From assembly GCA_965235115.1 (NCBI GenBank), contig OZ249445.1, forward strand, positions 3,286,001 through 3,350,000: a stretch of DNA of 64,000 bases, given 5' to 3'. Shown piece by piece: positions 25,301 through 38,749 of the stretch; the first letter of the stretch is position 1; each line of letters starts with the position of its first letter. The translations under genes and the position numbers were made by a program. Origin of the DNA: Laetmonice hystrix (lineage: Eukaryota). Under the pieces are notes generated by a model that was given only the letters and a program-made list of their open reading frames with translations, had not been told where the DNA came from and ran no database searches.

Positions 25301-26119
25301 GGTAAAGTTGTTCCTATTTCAACAGTCAATCCTAAACTGTGGTCCTTAGCCGGACAAGTATAATGGTTGTCAGTGTCTCAAGTCACTTTCTAAATAACAA
25401 AAATAACTATTATTTTTATGTGTATGTATGGTATTATTTGTACAAAATCTGAATGCAGCTTTTATTATCTGTAGATGAGGGAGAGATGATAAGTTTGAAG
25501 CAGTTGAAATGAGCGTCTAAACTTTTATGTGTTAATGTGGAATGCATGATAATGTTTCAGTGCGAATTTAGGGGGAATTAATGGCTATATTCATGAAGAT
25601 GGAGTCTTTAGCTGGTTATTATTCTGCTGGTTATTGTTCTGAAAGTTTGGTTTAGGCGCCGCTGGCGTGTATTACACAGGGTCTTAGAATCTACTTCAGT
25701 GGGAAAGTTTAAAGATCTGTTTAATAAAAAGTTAAGAGAACCATTTGAAGAATGGAGAATTTTAACATTATCAACTTTATGAAGTGACTAATATTTGAGG
25801 GATGAGGGAGGTGGGCCTGCTTTGTGCTTCCTCCCCCGGCCCCCCGGCCCCCATCCCCCTGCCAGGACGAGGAGCGAGACGTCCGAGGTGGTTATGAATC
25901 GGTTATAGGGAAGTACTCCTGACAAATATGTTCCCGGTCTCCACGTGTTGCCATCTGTCACCTGCACGGTATCTGATCTTGATTTGGATTATCCTGCGGG
26001 GATGTACAGAGATTAACGCCTGCTACATTTGGCTCCCATTTTCACAGAGAGTGCCCTAATAGAAGCCTCCGCCGTGGGCCTCGTGAGGTCAGTGAGGTCG
26101 TCTACCAGTTGACAGTTGA

Positions 26120-28000
26120 ATAATGTGTCGTTTTAAAAACATTTGAGCTTCCAAAGCATGTTGTAACATTTGGTAGAGTTGGATGGAGTTGGACACAGTG
26201 GTTGATGTGGTGAAGTTTATGTTTTGTTTGAGGATGGGGAAGTTACAGATGGGCCCGGTTATACAAACAGGGTGTTCTCTGTCACCACTCGGGTTGGTAA
26301 TCGTATATCCCGTGATAGGAATTCACAGCGGACGGTAGGCGGCAAGCCTTCTGCCGGCAGTCGTGATGAGTAAGTGAGTCTAGATGAGTAAGCCATATCA
26401 AGGCCAGCCTTGGCAGGACTCCCCCCTCCCCCACCACGCCACCCCCACCGACCTCCCCACTTCCCTTCCTGATTTGAAAGTTGTAAGATCATAAACAAGG
26501 AGGGGGGTAGATTTTGTGTCCATTTATAATCTGCACGTTCCGGGAAGCGCCCCCCCCCCCTGCCGCCCGCCCCTATCGCCTGTGTCCATGTGCCCCCGGA
26601 TGGCCCCTCAATAGAGGCAGGACTCGATGAGTTCTTTGATGTGTCTACCAAATGGTAACCACATTGTGGCCAGGAGCTTGTTGCAAGCAGGCCGATTTCT
26701 CTTTCTTCAAGCCTCTATTCCAACCATATGGTGGGCCAGGCCAGTTGACATATTACAGGAAAACCTGCTGCCTAAAAATATCGCGAGCTCAGGTTGATAT
26801 CTTTGTGGTTGGACAGGGGGAGACTGGAGTCCGGGGTGTAGAGGTGTTGTGGGCAGGGAGAGGGGTAATCCCTCACCTAGAGGAGGGTTACTGGAGGGGT
26901 TAGATGAGGCCGGGGCTCCTTCCATACGGGCACCCAGGCCTTTATCACCAAACATCTTTGAGAAGTTTAGTCAAAGACCTCGGTGTGATGGATAGCCGTG
27001 GAGCCGCTGACAACACATAAAAGTAATGCCCAACACATTTATGATCTAAAATGATATGGGCATGTTTTCTTGGATCTTCTCTTGGCTCTCCTGGTGACAC
27101 TGAGATCAAAATGTCTGTGGCATGGTAACCCGACGACGAAGGTGAAATCTTTTTAAGCTTGTTCAGAATTGATATCTGCCAAGTCAGCAATGGAAGTCTT
27201 TCATCATTTCAGCGTATATTGGAGATTTTATATCAGGTAGATAATGATATGTCTTGTTTTTATGAGACGCTCCCCAGAGTCGGTTTACTCATCTTGGCCG
27301 GTTACAATTACAGTGTCGAGGTGTTTGTTGGTGAGCAGCAGCGTTATTTTATTTTCAGACGGATTTTAATGCATGACTTATAAGGATCTTATACAGGATT
27401 TATCTGCACCATTAGATATCGGTTTAGTAATGTTGTCCTGGGGTGTATCGAGAGTTGTTAAGTTTAAAGGGTTTAACAAGAGCAACTGTGCATGGTTTGA
27501 CAGAGGTCAGGGACGAGCAGCCTACTTGAGGTTCATGCTAAAGGTTTCAGGAGACTTGATGATGTAGGTAACTTCAGATTTGTCTGCTTTGTAGTCCGGA
27601 GTACCACTCTTAGAAAGGCAGGAAGTTTGGAAATGTCAATATCTCACATTGAGGTGAGCCTGGAGGCAGCGGTAACTACCGGATGTACTTGTCCCTAGGA
27701 GGAAAAAAATGACTTGAGAAGATGGCCGTAAGCGGTAAAACATACTGAGATAGTGTTTAAAAATAGGAATCTCCGAGTTAATGTTTGGATGATCTCAGCA
27801 GTAAATCGCACTTGAAGTCTCCCGAGCAAGGTGCCATGCTACAATTTAGCACCATCATCTCTGTGCCATGCCTGATCTCCAGGCCAAATCATAGATAACT
27901 CCAGCAGGCAAGGCTTGATCTGCCTGACCTTTTCCGGAGTAAACAGTGTCGGTGTATGTTCAAGATAGCGCTAGAATGGTGTCATTGGAGCAGGCCTTAC
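26120..28000 (-). mobile_element. Decayed LINE RT through the 3' end
   Basis: IPIFKH (27770-27753), TWQISILNK (about 27185), VLGITF (27035-27018, cf. K.LGITF), and LPNV....SNVFK (about 26180-26132, cf. WN.LP..V....S...FK). Confidence 0.55.
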
Positions 28001-28431
28001 GGATTTACATAACAATTCGCCTGGCCACTGAGCATATATGGCGTCCAATTGTAGTGTGAACGTTGATCAACACAGCGGTAGACAAATGCAAATATAACGG
28101 TCGGGGGGGGGGGGTTCTCGTATCATATTGGGAATAGCGATGTTGGGGGTGGGGGGGTGGGGGTAGGGGTGGGGAGGGGGTTATGTAACATGGCCGTGTT
28201 TGTCTTCTATGACCCGTAATTAGTAATTGTCTTGGCCCATATGGCCCGGCATTGTCTATGGTAATTAGACTAATGGCTATCATTGGCCGGCTGGACCTGA
28301 TCAGTCGTCGGTTGATAGCGGTCACCAGAGCAGGGTTGTACCAGCATGGAGCGGGCCTTACTGGCACACGAACAATACATAGGAACAATGGCGTGTCACT
28401 CACACTGCCATGGTCAAGGTTAACCTTGATC

Positions 28432-28847
28432 GGAGTGTTGTTCACACTACGACCGATCCCAGGGATCTCCTCACTCACATACACTGGTACACTGGTAGCT
28501 TGGAGTGTTGTTCACACTACGACCGATCCCAGGGATCTCCTCACTCACATACACTGTTACACTGGTAGCTTGGAGTGTTGTTCACACTACGACCGATCCC
28601 AGGGATCTCCTCACTCACATACACTGGTACACTGGTAGCTTGGAGTGTTGTTCACACTACGACCGATCCCAGGGATCTCCTCACTCACATACACTGGTAC
28701 ACTGGTAGCTTGGAGTGTTGTTCACACTACGACCGATCCCAGGGATCTCCTCACTCACATACACTGGTACACTGGTAGCTTGGAGTGTTGTTCACACTAC
28801 GACCGATCCCAGGGATCTCCTCACTCACATACACTGGTAGCTTGGAG
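28432..28847. repeat. 70-bp minisatellite, 6 copies (last one shorter)
   Basis: Unit ggagtgttgttcacactacgaccgatcccagggatctcctcactcacatacactggtacactggtagctt. The ORFs at 28505, 28575 and 28645 are its translations, offset by 70. Confidence 0.98.
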
Positions 28848-29575
28848 GTAAGTGTAAACACAGATATCCTGATAACTATTTGGTTTCTCGTCAGGAAAAG
28901 ATTATTGTAGTCTCCGTGCGGTGTTGATGAGAAGTATCTACAGTTATGTGTTTCCTTTACATTTCGGTCCTGTCTACGTAAGGTACTTTACCTGTGTGCT
29001 TTACGCCTGCTTATATTTCCCACTGTTTGGTTCCTTGGATACTCTCTTTCTTGAGATAACCTGATATCAAAAGTAAATTCGTGTAACTGGTAAAAAAACT
29101 TATGAGTTCAGTGTCAAAAGATGGGATCGTGTGCTTTAATGTGATTATTGCTTTAATTCCCATAACGACATTCATTTGATCTGGATACGCCGATTTATGC
29201 TGAAATGAACTGGATGGATGCCTTGTTTGGGGAGTCAGTGACCATACATCTTGTAGATGGCCAAGTCTGCCCACCCAATCTGTTTGTACCAAGGTCACCA
29301 TGTACTGAGAACCCAGAGAACCACAGCACCCGCTCCTTCCTCAGTATTGTGAGGTAGTCGATTAGAGCTTGAATTGATTGGGTATTGGGTGAGGCGTATT
29401 GGGTGAGGCGTATGAATCAAAGATGGGGTGAATAGTCCGTACTTGTATTGACTGCTGCTGGGATATTTATAGGGGAGAGGAAAGGAGACCAGGATGGAAG
29501 ATCGGAGAGATAAATGGAAAGTTTTGGAAGGTAATGCTTTAATCATGAATACCTTTTGTAGATTTTCTTTCCATA

Positions 29576-29825
29576 TACCGTATTGACGCACTTTTAGGCG
29601 TGTGCGCATATAAGCGTTTTTTTTGCGTTTTTTGGGGAAATTACAAAATAAAAAATCGTCAGATATAGGCACATGCGCCTATATATATCCGAGTATAAGC
29701 ACACCCCCAATACTTACGCGCACATGCACACCCCTAATTGTAGATTGCAATACTGCCACCGACAGTCCTTGGAGTGAAAAACATGGGCCCAGGCTACATC
29801 CATTCATGTTCTCAGGCCTACGGTA
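29576..29825. mobile_element. Possible Tc1/mariner-pogo-type MITE remnant
   Basis: Ends TACCGTA...TACGGTA (TA plus a short TIR), with internal ccgagtataagc and gcatataagcg motifs. The inverted match is only 7 bp. Confidence 0.3.
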
Positions 29826-30149
29826 ACAAAACTGCACAATATAATCACGTACGTGGGTGCGCCTATATCGGAATAGGGACAGGATAGGGATATGTTTTGG
29901 GAGGTGTAGGGACCGGGATAAGGGATAAGGTCAGGGCTATGGATCTTTACTTCAGACTAAATTTCGTGGGGTTTATATTACCACGGGGGGGGGGGGGGGG
30001 TGTACCCCTGTGGTATACGCTCATGTAACATAACGTGCCGCACCAGCCGAGTGTCGCGGGCCTTGCTGTGCAAACTTCTCGCCTATATTAGAAGTGGTAG
30101 GTGGATCTACATTATGTCGTATCACCACCTCCAGGACGACACAGGATTC

Positions 30150-31050
30150 AACTAGGAATTGACTGATAGATATTGGAGACTTTGTAACCGGTTAAAGGTT
30201 TCCGACGTATAAATGTCTTTGTTTCGTACTTTGAGATTGTAGACGACCGCTTTCCTTTCCATGTAATAAATCTGAAGCTGAGTGGTGTACTGATACGTGC
30301 TGTCCGTGGTTGTGGTGATAACAATGGTTGAATGAAGTAACAGTGTGTCAGGATGTATTAATTAATCAATCCTTCTCGTTAGGGTGCTGATAATCTGACA
30401 ACAAGGAGAGCTTACCACAATGAACTGCAATTTCATTATGGGACTTCCTTGTCTGGAGCCTCCAGTAGTTGCCTAGTCGGAATGTGGGCTCAGACCGGTG
30501 TATATGTGCATGTTGACAGACCATTCCATGGGAGAATTAATCAATTACGATGGTCAACTGCTTGCACAATCAGTGCACACTGACAGGCCTTTTCAATGGC
30601 AAATAATCTGCCAGTGACGACTGAATATACCGATCAAGCTTCGCATTGTTCACAGCCAGGATTCTTCTGGAAATCCGCAGCAATGGGAACTGGCCATTGC
30701 TGCTATTGGTGCGGCCATCAGGGCTGATTTAGCGGACGTGGAGCATGCAGGGGACAACTAGTGGGATTTAGGACTGTAAAATGTGGTCGGTTCTCTGTAT
30801 TACAATCGGACCCAAGCCTATTGTCCTGTCCATACATATTGCTTGGAGTTGTGGAGCATTTGGCATGGAGTAAAGCAGCAGAGTTCTATGGTATTGCGAG
30901 TTGGTTCTGCTTCCTATATGCATGACTAGCAAAGTGCCTTGAAAGGCAGCGGGAGGACTTGTTGTTGGAGCATTATGTGAGCAGTGTTCAGCAGGGACAA
31001 TCAGACTGGATTAACCTTCAGCTTTGGCTCCGTCTATTGTGTGTGTAGTA
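30150..31050 (-). mobile_element. Decayed LINE RT core
   Basis: FAIEKA (about 30603-30586, cf. F.D.EKAFD), GSRQGSP (30460-30440, cf. G.RQG.P), IHPD (about 30358-30347, at the YADD position), in the correct order. Confidence 0.5.
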
Positions 31051-31759
31051 TTGTGTGATCTCTGCATGGTCCATTGTGGCCATGTGTGTGTCCAACATTG
31101 TGTATGCCATACGGGTATTGTCCTAACGGTAATGGTGGTCTAGGGGACTAACTACATGAGTAGTTCTAGGCTGTATATACAGGGCTAACATTAAGCGGGT
31201 AGCAGGGGGGACAGGTTTGGTCACTTGCTGTTTACTACCCTCAAAATTGTAAGCAAAGGTGAACTTGACTTGTCGCCCAGCGAACTGACCGGGCAACAGT
31301 CTGAGTCTACCACTCTGCCTGAGGAAGTACAAGTCGAGGTAAGGAAACATTCTGGATCCCCTGGGATGTGGTTCTGCCTTGGATTATTTCTGATCGTCTA
31401 GCTAGAACAGCAGCACGACCAACAAAAAAACAACAAAACATCACCTTAATGGCGTTTGTTACAGATTAAGAAATGCCAGGCTCGTATTGGCCATAGCGAC
31501 AAGTCTTGCGATTCGCTGGGTGATCGTAACGGTAAGGTAGCAATGCATTAATCGAAAGTATGTGTTTTCATCTTGTGTTTAAATATTTGATAGAAGACAG
31601 GATAGAGTCAGATTTGATCCTCCAATGATTCCTAGGGTATATGGCATCTTGTTAATGGTATCTCTGTTTCCTGAACAAACTAAGCTTTGGGAAACTTCTT
31701 GTGGAGTATCCGTGAGTATCTTAGAACGCATCGACAATCAGTATGATCTATGATTCCAG

Positions 31760-31900
31760 CCAAATGTCTGTCCTTAATATGTGTGATGCCTTCGTAGATG
31801 ACAATGACCAAAACTTTCTTGAGCTTAATGATCCTGACAAAAACTTCGTGACAAATATCTTGTCAAACTATTACTCTATCGATAGTGCCACAGATCTCTT
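31760..31900 (+). mobile_element. Possible LINE ORF2 N-terminal (pre-endonuclease) fragment
   Basis: DNDQNFLELNDPDKNFVTNILSNYYSID resembles the DPD.N...YY segment I recall preceding the endonuclease in some L2/Crack-like LINEs. Confidence 0.3.
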
Positions 31901-32599
31901 TGTTGACAACTATGACAACAATTGTTGTCAATATTGTCAAATTGTCAAATGTTGTCAAATTGCTTTGTGAATAAGGTCCCTGGTCTTAACAAGGAATTCA
32001 GTGAAGGATGGATGTTCAAAGCTGAAGGTTACGCTGCCTCTTCAATCATTTTAGGTTGACAGATTTCTGAGATGACATGCAGATATTTCATTCTGATATA
32101 AGAAACAGATCAGGATGTAAAGCTGTTGTCTCGTTTACTGTATAGTTTTTCAAAATGGGTATGAGTCAGGCCTGTTGTGAAGATAATTTTCTACATTTTG
32201 AGAGGTGGAACGCCAAAGATTTGATAATCAGGTTGACAGGCGTTCCAAGGCTGGCCTTAATGACATGTGGACGCTGAAGTGAGTGACCTTGATTAGGTGT
32301 AATGAGTCCTTGACGGTTGTTTAGTTGGGGCGGGGATCGTGTATGGGTGGTAGCTGGGAGTGGGTGGGGGAAGGGAGGGGGTTGCGGCACCTATAATGTC
32401 ATTATCAGGGCAGTGTCAGGATCACCGCTATGGACAAAGGCCCAGGAGATTCCACGTCTCCAGGTAATGGCCTTGCTTACGTCGAACCTGATCGAGTTGA
32501 TGTCATATGTGGTGGAAGCCCTCGGACGGAAGGGGTGGGGGTGAGGGGGGTGAGGTGGGGTGGGAGTGTTGGGGGGGGGGGGTACTCAGGAGTCATTAC

Positions 32600-33330
32600 C
32601 TGAGTGTGACGGCCTAACATGTAACGATGGTAACAAGGAACACTGTATAACTACCTGGGTTGAGTTGATACGGGTGTCGTATAGAGTATGCGATGGGTCA
32701 ATAATTAGGTCTACGTGTTGTCCTGTGGACCTTGTTTGTATTACTCCACCTGGACAGGTGAGCCGGTCCAAGATACGCTGTCATTGACGTCTACATTATG
32801 TATCATTATCACACCTGATCACCAAACCCTTGCAGTTTTACACATGCTGTTCCCAGGCTTTTGTAATGTGACAAGCAACGTCCCTATTGTAGTGGTTTCA
32901 AACTTCGATCCATGACTTTAAGTGAAACGTTCAGTAAATATAATAGAATTGAATCCGGGACATGAAAACCAATAAGGTCAAGAATAAAACCAAATCCATA
33001 TTGGTTAATCCGCTACATGCCTCCGACTGAGTGGGTCAGCTTCACTTTGAGGTTGCGTCCAGGAACCCTTAAACGGGTAACAATGAAACGCTTCACAAAG
33101 CACACACCATTGTCAGACCGTATTGGTCGGGGTACAAAGACGGGGTTACAGTGTGGAGCTGGGGTCAACCCGTAGAGCTGGCCAGAGTGGTCAAATAGCA
33201 CAACTCGGCATGGCTCCCATTGTATGTGTACGGGCACATCACATGGTCTGTGACAGGACTGAGCAGACTGTACGTGCTTACCGTCCTGTCGGGCTGTGTC
33301 TAAAGCTGTCCACAACCCGTGTCAATACTC
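32600..33330 (-). mobile_element. Decayed LINE RT C-terminal fragment
   Basis: RNLKVKLTH...RINQYGFGFILDLIGFHVPDSILLY (about 33060-32940), cf. RDLGV..D.KL.F..H....KAN..LGFILR...F..P....LY. Confidence 0.45.
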
Positions 33331-34053
33331 ATGGGTAGGTCAGATAGATCGACCTGAACTTTGCCCCCAATAAATTATCCAATGTAAATTTACTCTTGGC
33401 TTTTTTGTGGACAAAATGTATTAAAGTAAAAGTTGGTGTGAGTACGCTAGGTCGAGAGAAAAAGGTTGCCAACAATAACAAAAGGACAGCCTACCACCTC
33501 TGTACCTTGACCTGGGTATAGTTGTTGGTCATTTCAATCTGTATTTAGATTTTGATAAAGCTTGATCGCAGGTTCGCCAAAATGACATGAATGAAAAACA
33601 CTTTCTGTTACCTTGACCTCGTTTATGAATGAATCAGTGGTCAAATGCATTGACCTTGACATGTTGATACCTTTTTGTAGAACCTCCAGCATGCCCAACG
33701 CCCCACATCAAACTGTTCTTTAGAAACAGGTCCAGTTAGAGGAATTAATCTGATAGTGTTGAACAGCAACATCCAACTTGGAAAAATGGTATGTTGAAGG
33801 GTGACTTTAATGTTTACGCCATATTTATGCCGGCTGGCATGGCCGCTATCTGATAAGTTGCAGCTTGCAAGGAGGGGGGTAACTGGATCAGTTATATGTT
33901 TGAAATTAGAGAGATTTCAGGGGCATGAGAAGAGTTGGTATTGAAAGAGATAATAGTAAAGTATGCCATTTTGTGGTCAGAAGGTTTTTACAAAACTTCA
34001 GGAAAACGTTTTATTTATACATTATAACTTCCCCTGTAACTTCCCAAAACGTA

Positions 34054-34692
34054 TATTAAACGTTCTCTGCCATCTTGGTTAGTGGTTGAGTTATTAAACG
34101 TTCTCTGCCAGCAGTTAGTGGTTGAGTTATTAAACGTTCTCTGCCAGCTGGGTTAGTGGTTGAGTTTATTAAACGTTCTCTGCCAGCAGTTAGTGGTTGA
34201 GTTATTAAACGTTCTCTGCCAGCTGGGTTAATGGTTGAGTTATTAAACGTTCTCTGCCAGCAGTTAGTGGTTGAGTTATTAAACGTTCTCTGCCAGCTGG
34301 GTTAATGGTTGAGTTATTAAACGTTCTCTGCCAGCAGTTAGTGGTTGAGTTTGGTTGAGTTATTAAACGTTCTCTGCCAGCAGTTAGTGGTTGAGTTATT
34401 AAACGTTCCCTGCCAGCAGTTAGTGGTTGAGTTATTAAACGTTCCCTGCCAGCAGTTAGTGGTTGAGTTATTAAACGTTCTCTGCCAGCTGGGTTAATGG
34501 TTGAGTTATTAAACGTTCTCTGCCAGCAGTTAGTGGTTGAGTTATTAAACGGTCTCTGCCAGCTGGGTTAATGGTTGAGTTATTAAACGTTACCTGCCAG
34601 CAGTTAGTGGTTGAGTTATTAAACGTTCTCTGCCAGCTGGGTTAATGGTTGAGTTATTAAACGTTCTCTGCCAGCTGGGTTAGTGGTTGAGT
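34054..34692. repeat. 36/38-bp two-variant minisatellite, 17 units
   Basis: A = tattaaacgttctctgccagcagttagtggttgagt (36 bp); B = tattaaacgttctctgccagctgggtta(a/g)tggttgagt (38 bp). Confidence 0.98.
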
Positions 34693-35650
34693 TGAAGCTG
34701 CCTGGGCTGAATGATGGAATGAGAGTGGTGGGCGAGTGTGTGTAGGAATTTATCGACCTGTCGTGAAAGGTGCGTACAGTAACGACTCCGGCATTAGGAC
34801 TGTGTCAGCGGGGAGTCATCGACAGCGGCGGCGGCGGGAGGGGGGAGGGAGCCGCCGGATCCCCCTTCAGCACCCCCCGAGAGGACCCATCAGTGCGGGA
34901 CCTCCGGGGTGAAATGTCAGGGGCCCCCGTCCCCCTCTGGCGGGGAGAGAACCTCGCCACGTGTGTGGTGAAGCCCAAGATGTCTGTAGGACACGTGGAC
35001 AGGTCGGGAGGCCCGCCGCTGGGGGCCGAGATCCCCCCCCCCCCACCACACTCCACACCACCCTCCATCCCCCGGCTGACTGTCCGCCGAGTAAAGCCAT
35101 GAGCCCGACGGCCTCACAACGATTAACGTGACCATTAATCAGGCAGTGGTGAATTTACAATAACATTATCACAGCTCACGTTCGTCTACCGCCTTTCTCA
35201 GCCATTCATATTTTTCACGCGTGACACCAGGCCGCCTGGCGGTGTGCGTGTGTGTCGGCCTGCCCTCAAAGCACCCGAAGACAGGAGCAGTAATTCAGGA
35301 ATATTGTATTGACCGCACCGCGAAGGCCTCTTGATTGGCGGCTGGTGGCATGGACAATGGAAGCATGCAAATGTGTAATCCAGACACCAGGTAGACACAT
35401 GCACACCCAGGCTCGGACCGTTCGCACCTTGGCGGAGAACTAAAGCTTGAGGAGCCGCCCACCCGACCACCGGGTTACCATCAGCCGACAGGCGTTGTCA
35501 CCCGACTCCTGCCACAACCATCCATCCTTTCACCCGTCAACGGCACACTGGACTATGTCGACACAGGAGGGATCATCTCCAGGTCCCCGGCTCTCCTCCT
35601 ACAGGACGTGAGTACGGGTAGAACATGTTGAGTCCGTGCAGCCACCGCTG

Positions 35651-35710
35651 GTGGGGTGGGGTGGGGTGGGGTGGGGTGGGGTGGGGTGGGGTGCGGTGGG
35701 GGTGGGGGTG
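35651..35710 (+). repeat. (GTGGG)n tract, potential G-quadruplex
   Basis: About 8 perfect GTGGG units followed by degenerate ones. Confidence 0.9.
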
Positions 35711-36522
35711 CTGGTGATGAGGACGGGGTAATTATCGACACAGAGCCCCATTTGTGTGCCGTTCAATTCCCGCGTAAGGTCACCTAGGTACGTGGTGTAG
35801 AATTACACGACAACTGGCGTCACAGTTAGGACAAGTCCTGGACACTTACACCACCCATGGCTGTAGCTTCTCTCATTCTCTCATTGTACCTGTGTATATA
35901 CATTTTTAAGACTGTCACTTTTGTATACTTCTCATAGAGTATGCAGTGATATGGTCCCAAAGGGCAGGTGCGCGCCATTTTATGAGTTGGATTGTAACCA
36001 GATACAGCGCCAACCAATGTTGCGCCATTGATTGGTTGATTAATGCCACCAGCCGCTGAGCTGCATCATCGGTTGCCGTGTCAACGACAAGCAGCCATCT
36101 TCATTGTGACTGGCCTGGCCGATTGACCTCAACACCAAGTGACACTCAGTCCGCCAGGCGGCCTCTGCTAACCCTGCTACCGGCCCACGTCCGTCCTCAA
36201 CCCCTCAACCCTTCAGCTGTTAGTCATCGATCGACTGCAAGAGGTCAAGCACAGAAGATCAAGACCCTAGCAAATCAAGGCAGCCTGTGTTAGATCACCC
36301 ATGGACGCCTATGATATATTGTCACTCCACTCAAGTCCCTGCTGATGCCCGGCCATAGCTTGCATGTTAAAGGATCGCAAGCAGGCCATGGCTGCCCATT
36401 GCTCAATACATCCCGGTCAGGCAAGTCAGAGCAGTAGAGATGGACAAGAAGTAACTGCAGTCTACTGTAAAGGTGTGTGTGCCCGGCCCCCTCCTCCTGA
36501 CCCGGCCGGCTGCTTGCCCTCA

Positions 36523-36590
36523 ACCCCACCCCACCCCACCCCACCCCACCCAACCCAACCCCACCCCACCCCACCTCACCCCACCCCACC
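36523..36590 (-). repeat. (CCACC)n tract, potential G-quadruplex on the minus strand
   Basis: accccaccccaccccacc... about 13 partly degenerate units. Confidence 0.9.
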
Positions 36591-36869
36591 TCGGGGCAGA
36601 CAGGGGGGTCATGGCCTGTCGCGGCTTGATGATTTTTATTAACGATATAACGTACACAAACCTCATCGATCCACATTGGATCCAGCTGCAGTTGATGTGA
36701 ATGCAGCTGCTAATGCCATGAGAGAATAGAGCCAACTGTTTAGAAGGAAACAGGGGCCAAGTTCTGATCCTGATATACGGAATGGAAAGGATTAGGGACG
36801 GCCTTCGTCCCCGAGGGACAAATCTCTGGATAGGATCAAATGGCAGTCCATATGGATCCCTCCCCTATT

Positions 36870-37450
36870 GTCATTTTACACCGACAGCCAAGATGTATTT
36901 ATGTAGATCTTGACACATTCCCAACTTTCCAGATACAAGCTGGATTAAATTAGCACCCGGCCCGTCCCCGGAGAGCTGCTGCCCAGAGCGTGATCTCCAG
37001 CGTTCCATTGACCCCAGCTATTTTGCACCCCAACTGAAGGATTGAGGGAACAATCAGTGACTGGGATTCAACACTAGGCATGCTAACCACAGGCAAAATA
37101 CTGGCAGCAATGGTAGGCCTCTAGTTTGAATAACAATGAAACACAAAAATCAATAGCATGAAAATCGCATTGATAAGCGGTCTACAGTGTTTGCATGTTG
37201 CCACTGACATAGAAGAAAATGCCGGTGTAGAGGACGGCTGGGTGCTGGCAGCCTGGCAACTGTTGCTAGTTGAGCCCGACGCTGATTTCACCAATATTCT
37301 TTGACTAGTTTGAGATATTGTTGATATTATAATCATCGGATAAAACTAGTAGAAATAATGTAAGTTCAGGGGGAGGTCAATATCTCCTGGATGTGATTTG
37401 GTAAGGAGCGTTCTATTAACGTCCTTTATATAAATTTGATGTCAGTTATA
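36870..37450 (+). mobile_element. Possible decayed LINE RT fragment
   Basis: IYVDL (about 36898), SSVP (about 36997), WVLAAWQL (about 37240), QYLLDVI (about 37380), in RT motif order. Weak. Confidence 0.25.
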
Positions 37451-37555
37451 TTTCCAGTTTTCATGTGGAACATTTACAGCCGTTCCATGCATGCTGTCAA
37501 TAGTTGAGTCTAAAATCGTTCGTCAGATGTGTATAATGATGTGGGTGTGTTGTGT

Positions 37556-37616
37556 GGAGGAGGAGGAGAAGGAGGAGGAGGAGGAGAAGGGAGGAGAAGG
37601 GAGGAGAAGGAGGGCT
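37556..37616. repeat. (GGA)n purine tract
   Basis: ggaggaggaggagaaggaggaggaggaggagaagggaggagaagggaggagaaggaggg. Confidence 0.85.
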
Positions 37617-38749
37617 GTGATTGGTAGCAGTCAAGGTGCGCTCACACGAGTATGAACCCCTCCAAATACGACAAGTATTACCATCCCTACTTTGTAGTTT
37701 TGAAACATGCAGGTCACCCTTCATTTCACATTATAGGCGCACACAGGAAGCCAATCGTTTCTTTATATATCAGTTCCTTTCACTCGTAAATTTTATGGTG
37801 TTTTTTTAAACACCAGATATATTTTACTCTGGATACTCTAAGATTACAAAGGTTACTCTGTGATATATATCTGGAAAAAGTTGGTTCATGTATCTCAGTT
37901 TTAAGTGTATAAAAGCAAAGCTCAGGAGGAACTGAATAAATCGCCATTTTCTCCATTTAGGTTCTTTATGGTGCACTGCTAGGATTTGCGCTTTTTATTT
38001 AGCAGTGAAACGGAAAAGTTTGAGGGAACAAAGTTTCTTTTAATACGGTGGATATTGGTTGCTTACGGCGAGGTTATATTGGTAACAAGTGTCAAGTTGG
38101 CCATAGAGAAACTAATCCCTGCAGGCCGGCGGGGCGTCAGTCTACTGGCGTCACAGGAGGCCTGGCCAGTGTCCGACTCGTCAGTAATACACAGGCGCCT
38201 GTCTCCAGCAAGGCCGGTGCGATGACAAAACATATTTGTATCGATGAAGAGGAGAAAGACAATATGCGGATGCTTATGTTACCCGCCTGGCTTTCATCTG
38301 ACCGAACCCGAGTGTGGGATCCAAGGGTCGGGGGGCATGTAATGGGGAGATGGATCCGCGGACCGCTGGCTCATTTGTTTGTCATTACAAATGGCGTTAC
38401 AATGCGACATCCCCCCGGGGGGTGGGGGCAGCGGCCGGGCGGGCGGCGTGGGCCGGGGCAGCCCCGCCCGTCCCGGGAACACCTTTAATGATTGGAAGAA
38501 TCTCAGCGGCGCAGGCCGTTATTGTCATGAAGCGTTTGATATCGGAGCAGGCCGAGCCCATCGGAATGCACACAGCTGCCACTAATGCACACAGAGTAAT
38601 TATAATGATATTAGCTTACGTCGGTGGCACTCCATGGCGGAGGGCATCTGTATCAAAGACACACACCCAAGGATAAACGTTTTTTGTATGTTCCTAATTC
38701 AGGCTGAATGACGTGGGGTGAGACACAGTAGCTCCACTCTTGTCCCTAT

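Noticed and set aside
28252-28851. Four similar ORFs as a small gene family
   Set aside because: They are shifted translations of one 70-bp tandem unit.
31179-31330. hAT-like MITE starting CAGGGCTAACATTAAG
   Set aside because: No right-hand TIR or 8-bp target duplication was found.
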